The position numbers and the translations under genes are program-made. DNA of 64,000 bases, taken from assembly GCA_964448405.1 (NCBI GenBank), contig CAYUVW010000002.1:7745-71744 (forward strand), read 5' to 3'. Origin of the DNA: an uncultured Candidatus Peribacteria bacterium (GTDB lineage: Bacteria; Patescibacteriota; Gracilibacteria; Peribacterales; Peribacteraceae). Each line of letters begins with the position of its first letter. The stretch's first letter is position 1. The notes below the pieces were generated by a model. That model did not search any database. It was given only the letters and a program-made list of their open reading frames with translations, and was not told where the DNA came from. Positions 63,961 through 64,000 of the stretch are shown here, piece by piece.

Positions 63961-64000
63961 ATGGAAAACCTCTTCACCCAACTGCTCAAGAACATCGGCG
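63961..64000 (+). CDS. start of an unidentified gene (3' end outside window)
   Basis: The ATG at 63961 opens MENLFTQLLKNIG and runs to the window edge. Confidence 0.3.
   Translation, partial: MENLFTQLLKNIG

Noticed and set aside
1-64000. Alternative genetic code (UGA recoding), CRISPR arrays, IS elements, integrases, prophage genes and rRNA genes
   Set aside because: Conserved genes such as zupT, the SRPBCC genes and pyrG terminate at TGA, TAA or TAG at the expected lengths, and full-length ORFs need no read-through. I saw no short direct-repeat/spacer array, no DDE or tyrosine/serine recombinase motifs, no phage structural genes and no rRNA-like sequence on reading both strands.

Overview
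Dense bacterial chromosome: about 70 protein genes and one tRNA-Glu(CUC). I recognised no rRNA, CRISPR array, transposase or integrase. The standard genetic code applies, because conserved genes end on TGA, TAA or TAG at the expected lengths. Housekeeping genes are pyrD, pyrG, uvrC, L25, hpf, rlmI, rlmH, rlmD, secD, folB, folK and a cysteine desulfurase. Interleaved with them are: (a) envelope glycosylation genes (three GT2, two GT-C-like membrane proteins, a PAP2_C-type protein, a sugar-phosphate nucleotidyltransferase and a WbaP-like protein lacking its catalytic domain); (b) a two-locus zinc regulon (zur-zupT-yibE/F and znuACB-permease-TIGR03943) sharing a 17-nt palindromic operator and the same promoter geometry; (c) an OmpR/histidine-kinase pair next to HupE; (d) a SRPBCC paralogue array with a truncated remnant; (e) several ORFans. 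The observations most worth follow-up are these. (1) A 220-nt intergenic element occurs in two copies (19.3 kb and 63.7 kb), and its core hairpin carries three compensatory base-pair swaps. (2) A long RelA/SpoT homologue is fused in one ORF to a roughly 14-TM region that includes a DMT/EamA-like permease; its hydrolase motifs are intact and its synthetase motifs look divergent. (3) A five-gene operon (20.2-25.4 kb) encodes four unrecognisable proteins followed by a Cas4-like Fe-S PD-(D/E)XK nuclease. (4) Large domain insertions sit in UvrC (GNAT-like, about 170 aa) and SecD (parvulin PPIase within a roughly 335-aa insert). (5) A -10 hexamer lies 5-7 nt upstream of many start codons with no Shine-Dalgarno sequence, which suggests widespread leaderless mRNAs. 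Taxonomy cannot be determined from the window; the ORFan load and the unusual fusions hint at an uncultured lineage (low confidence). All product calls rest on motif recognition by eye and no searches were run.
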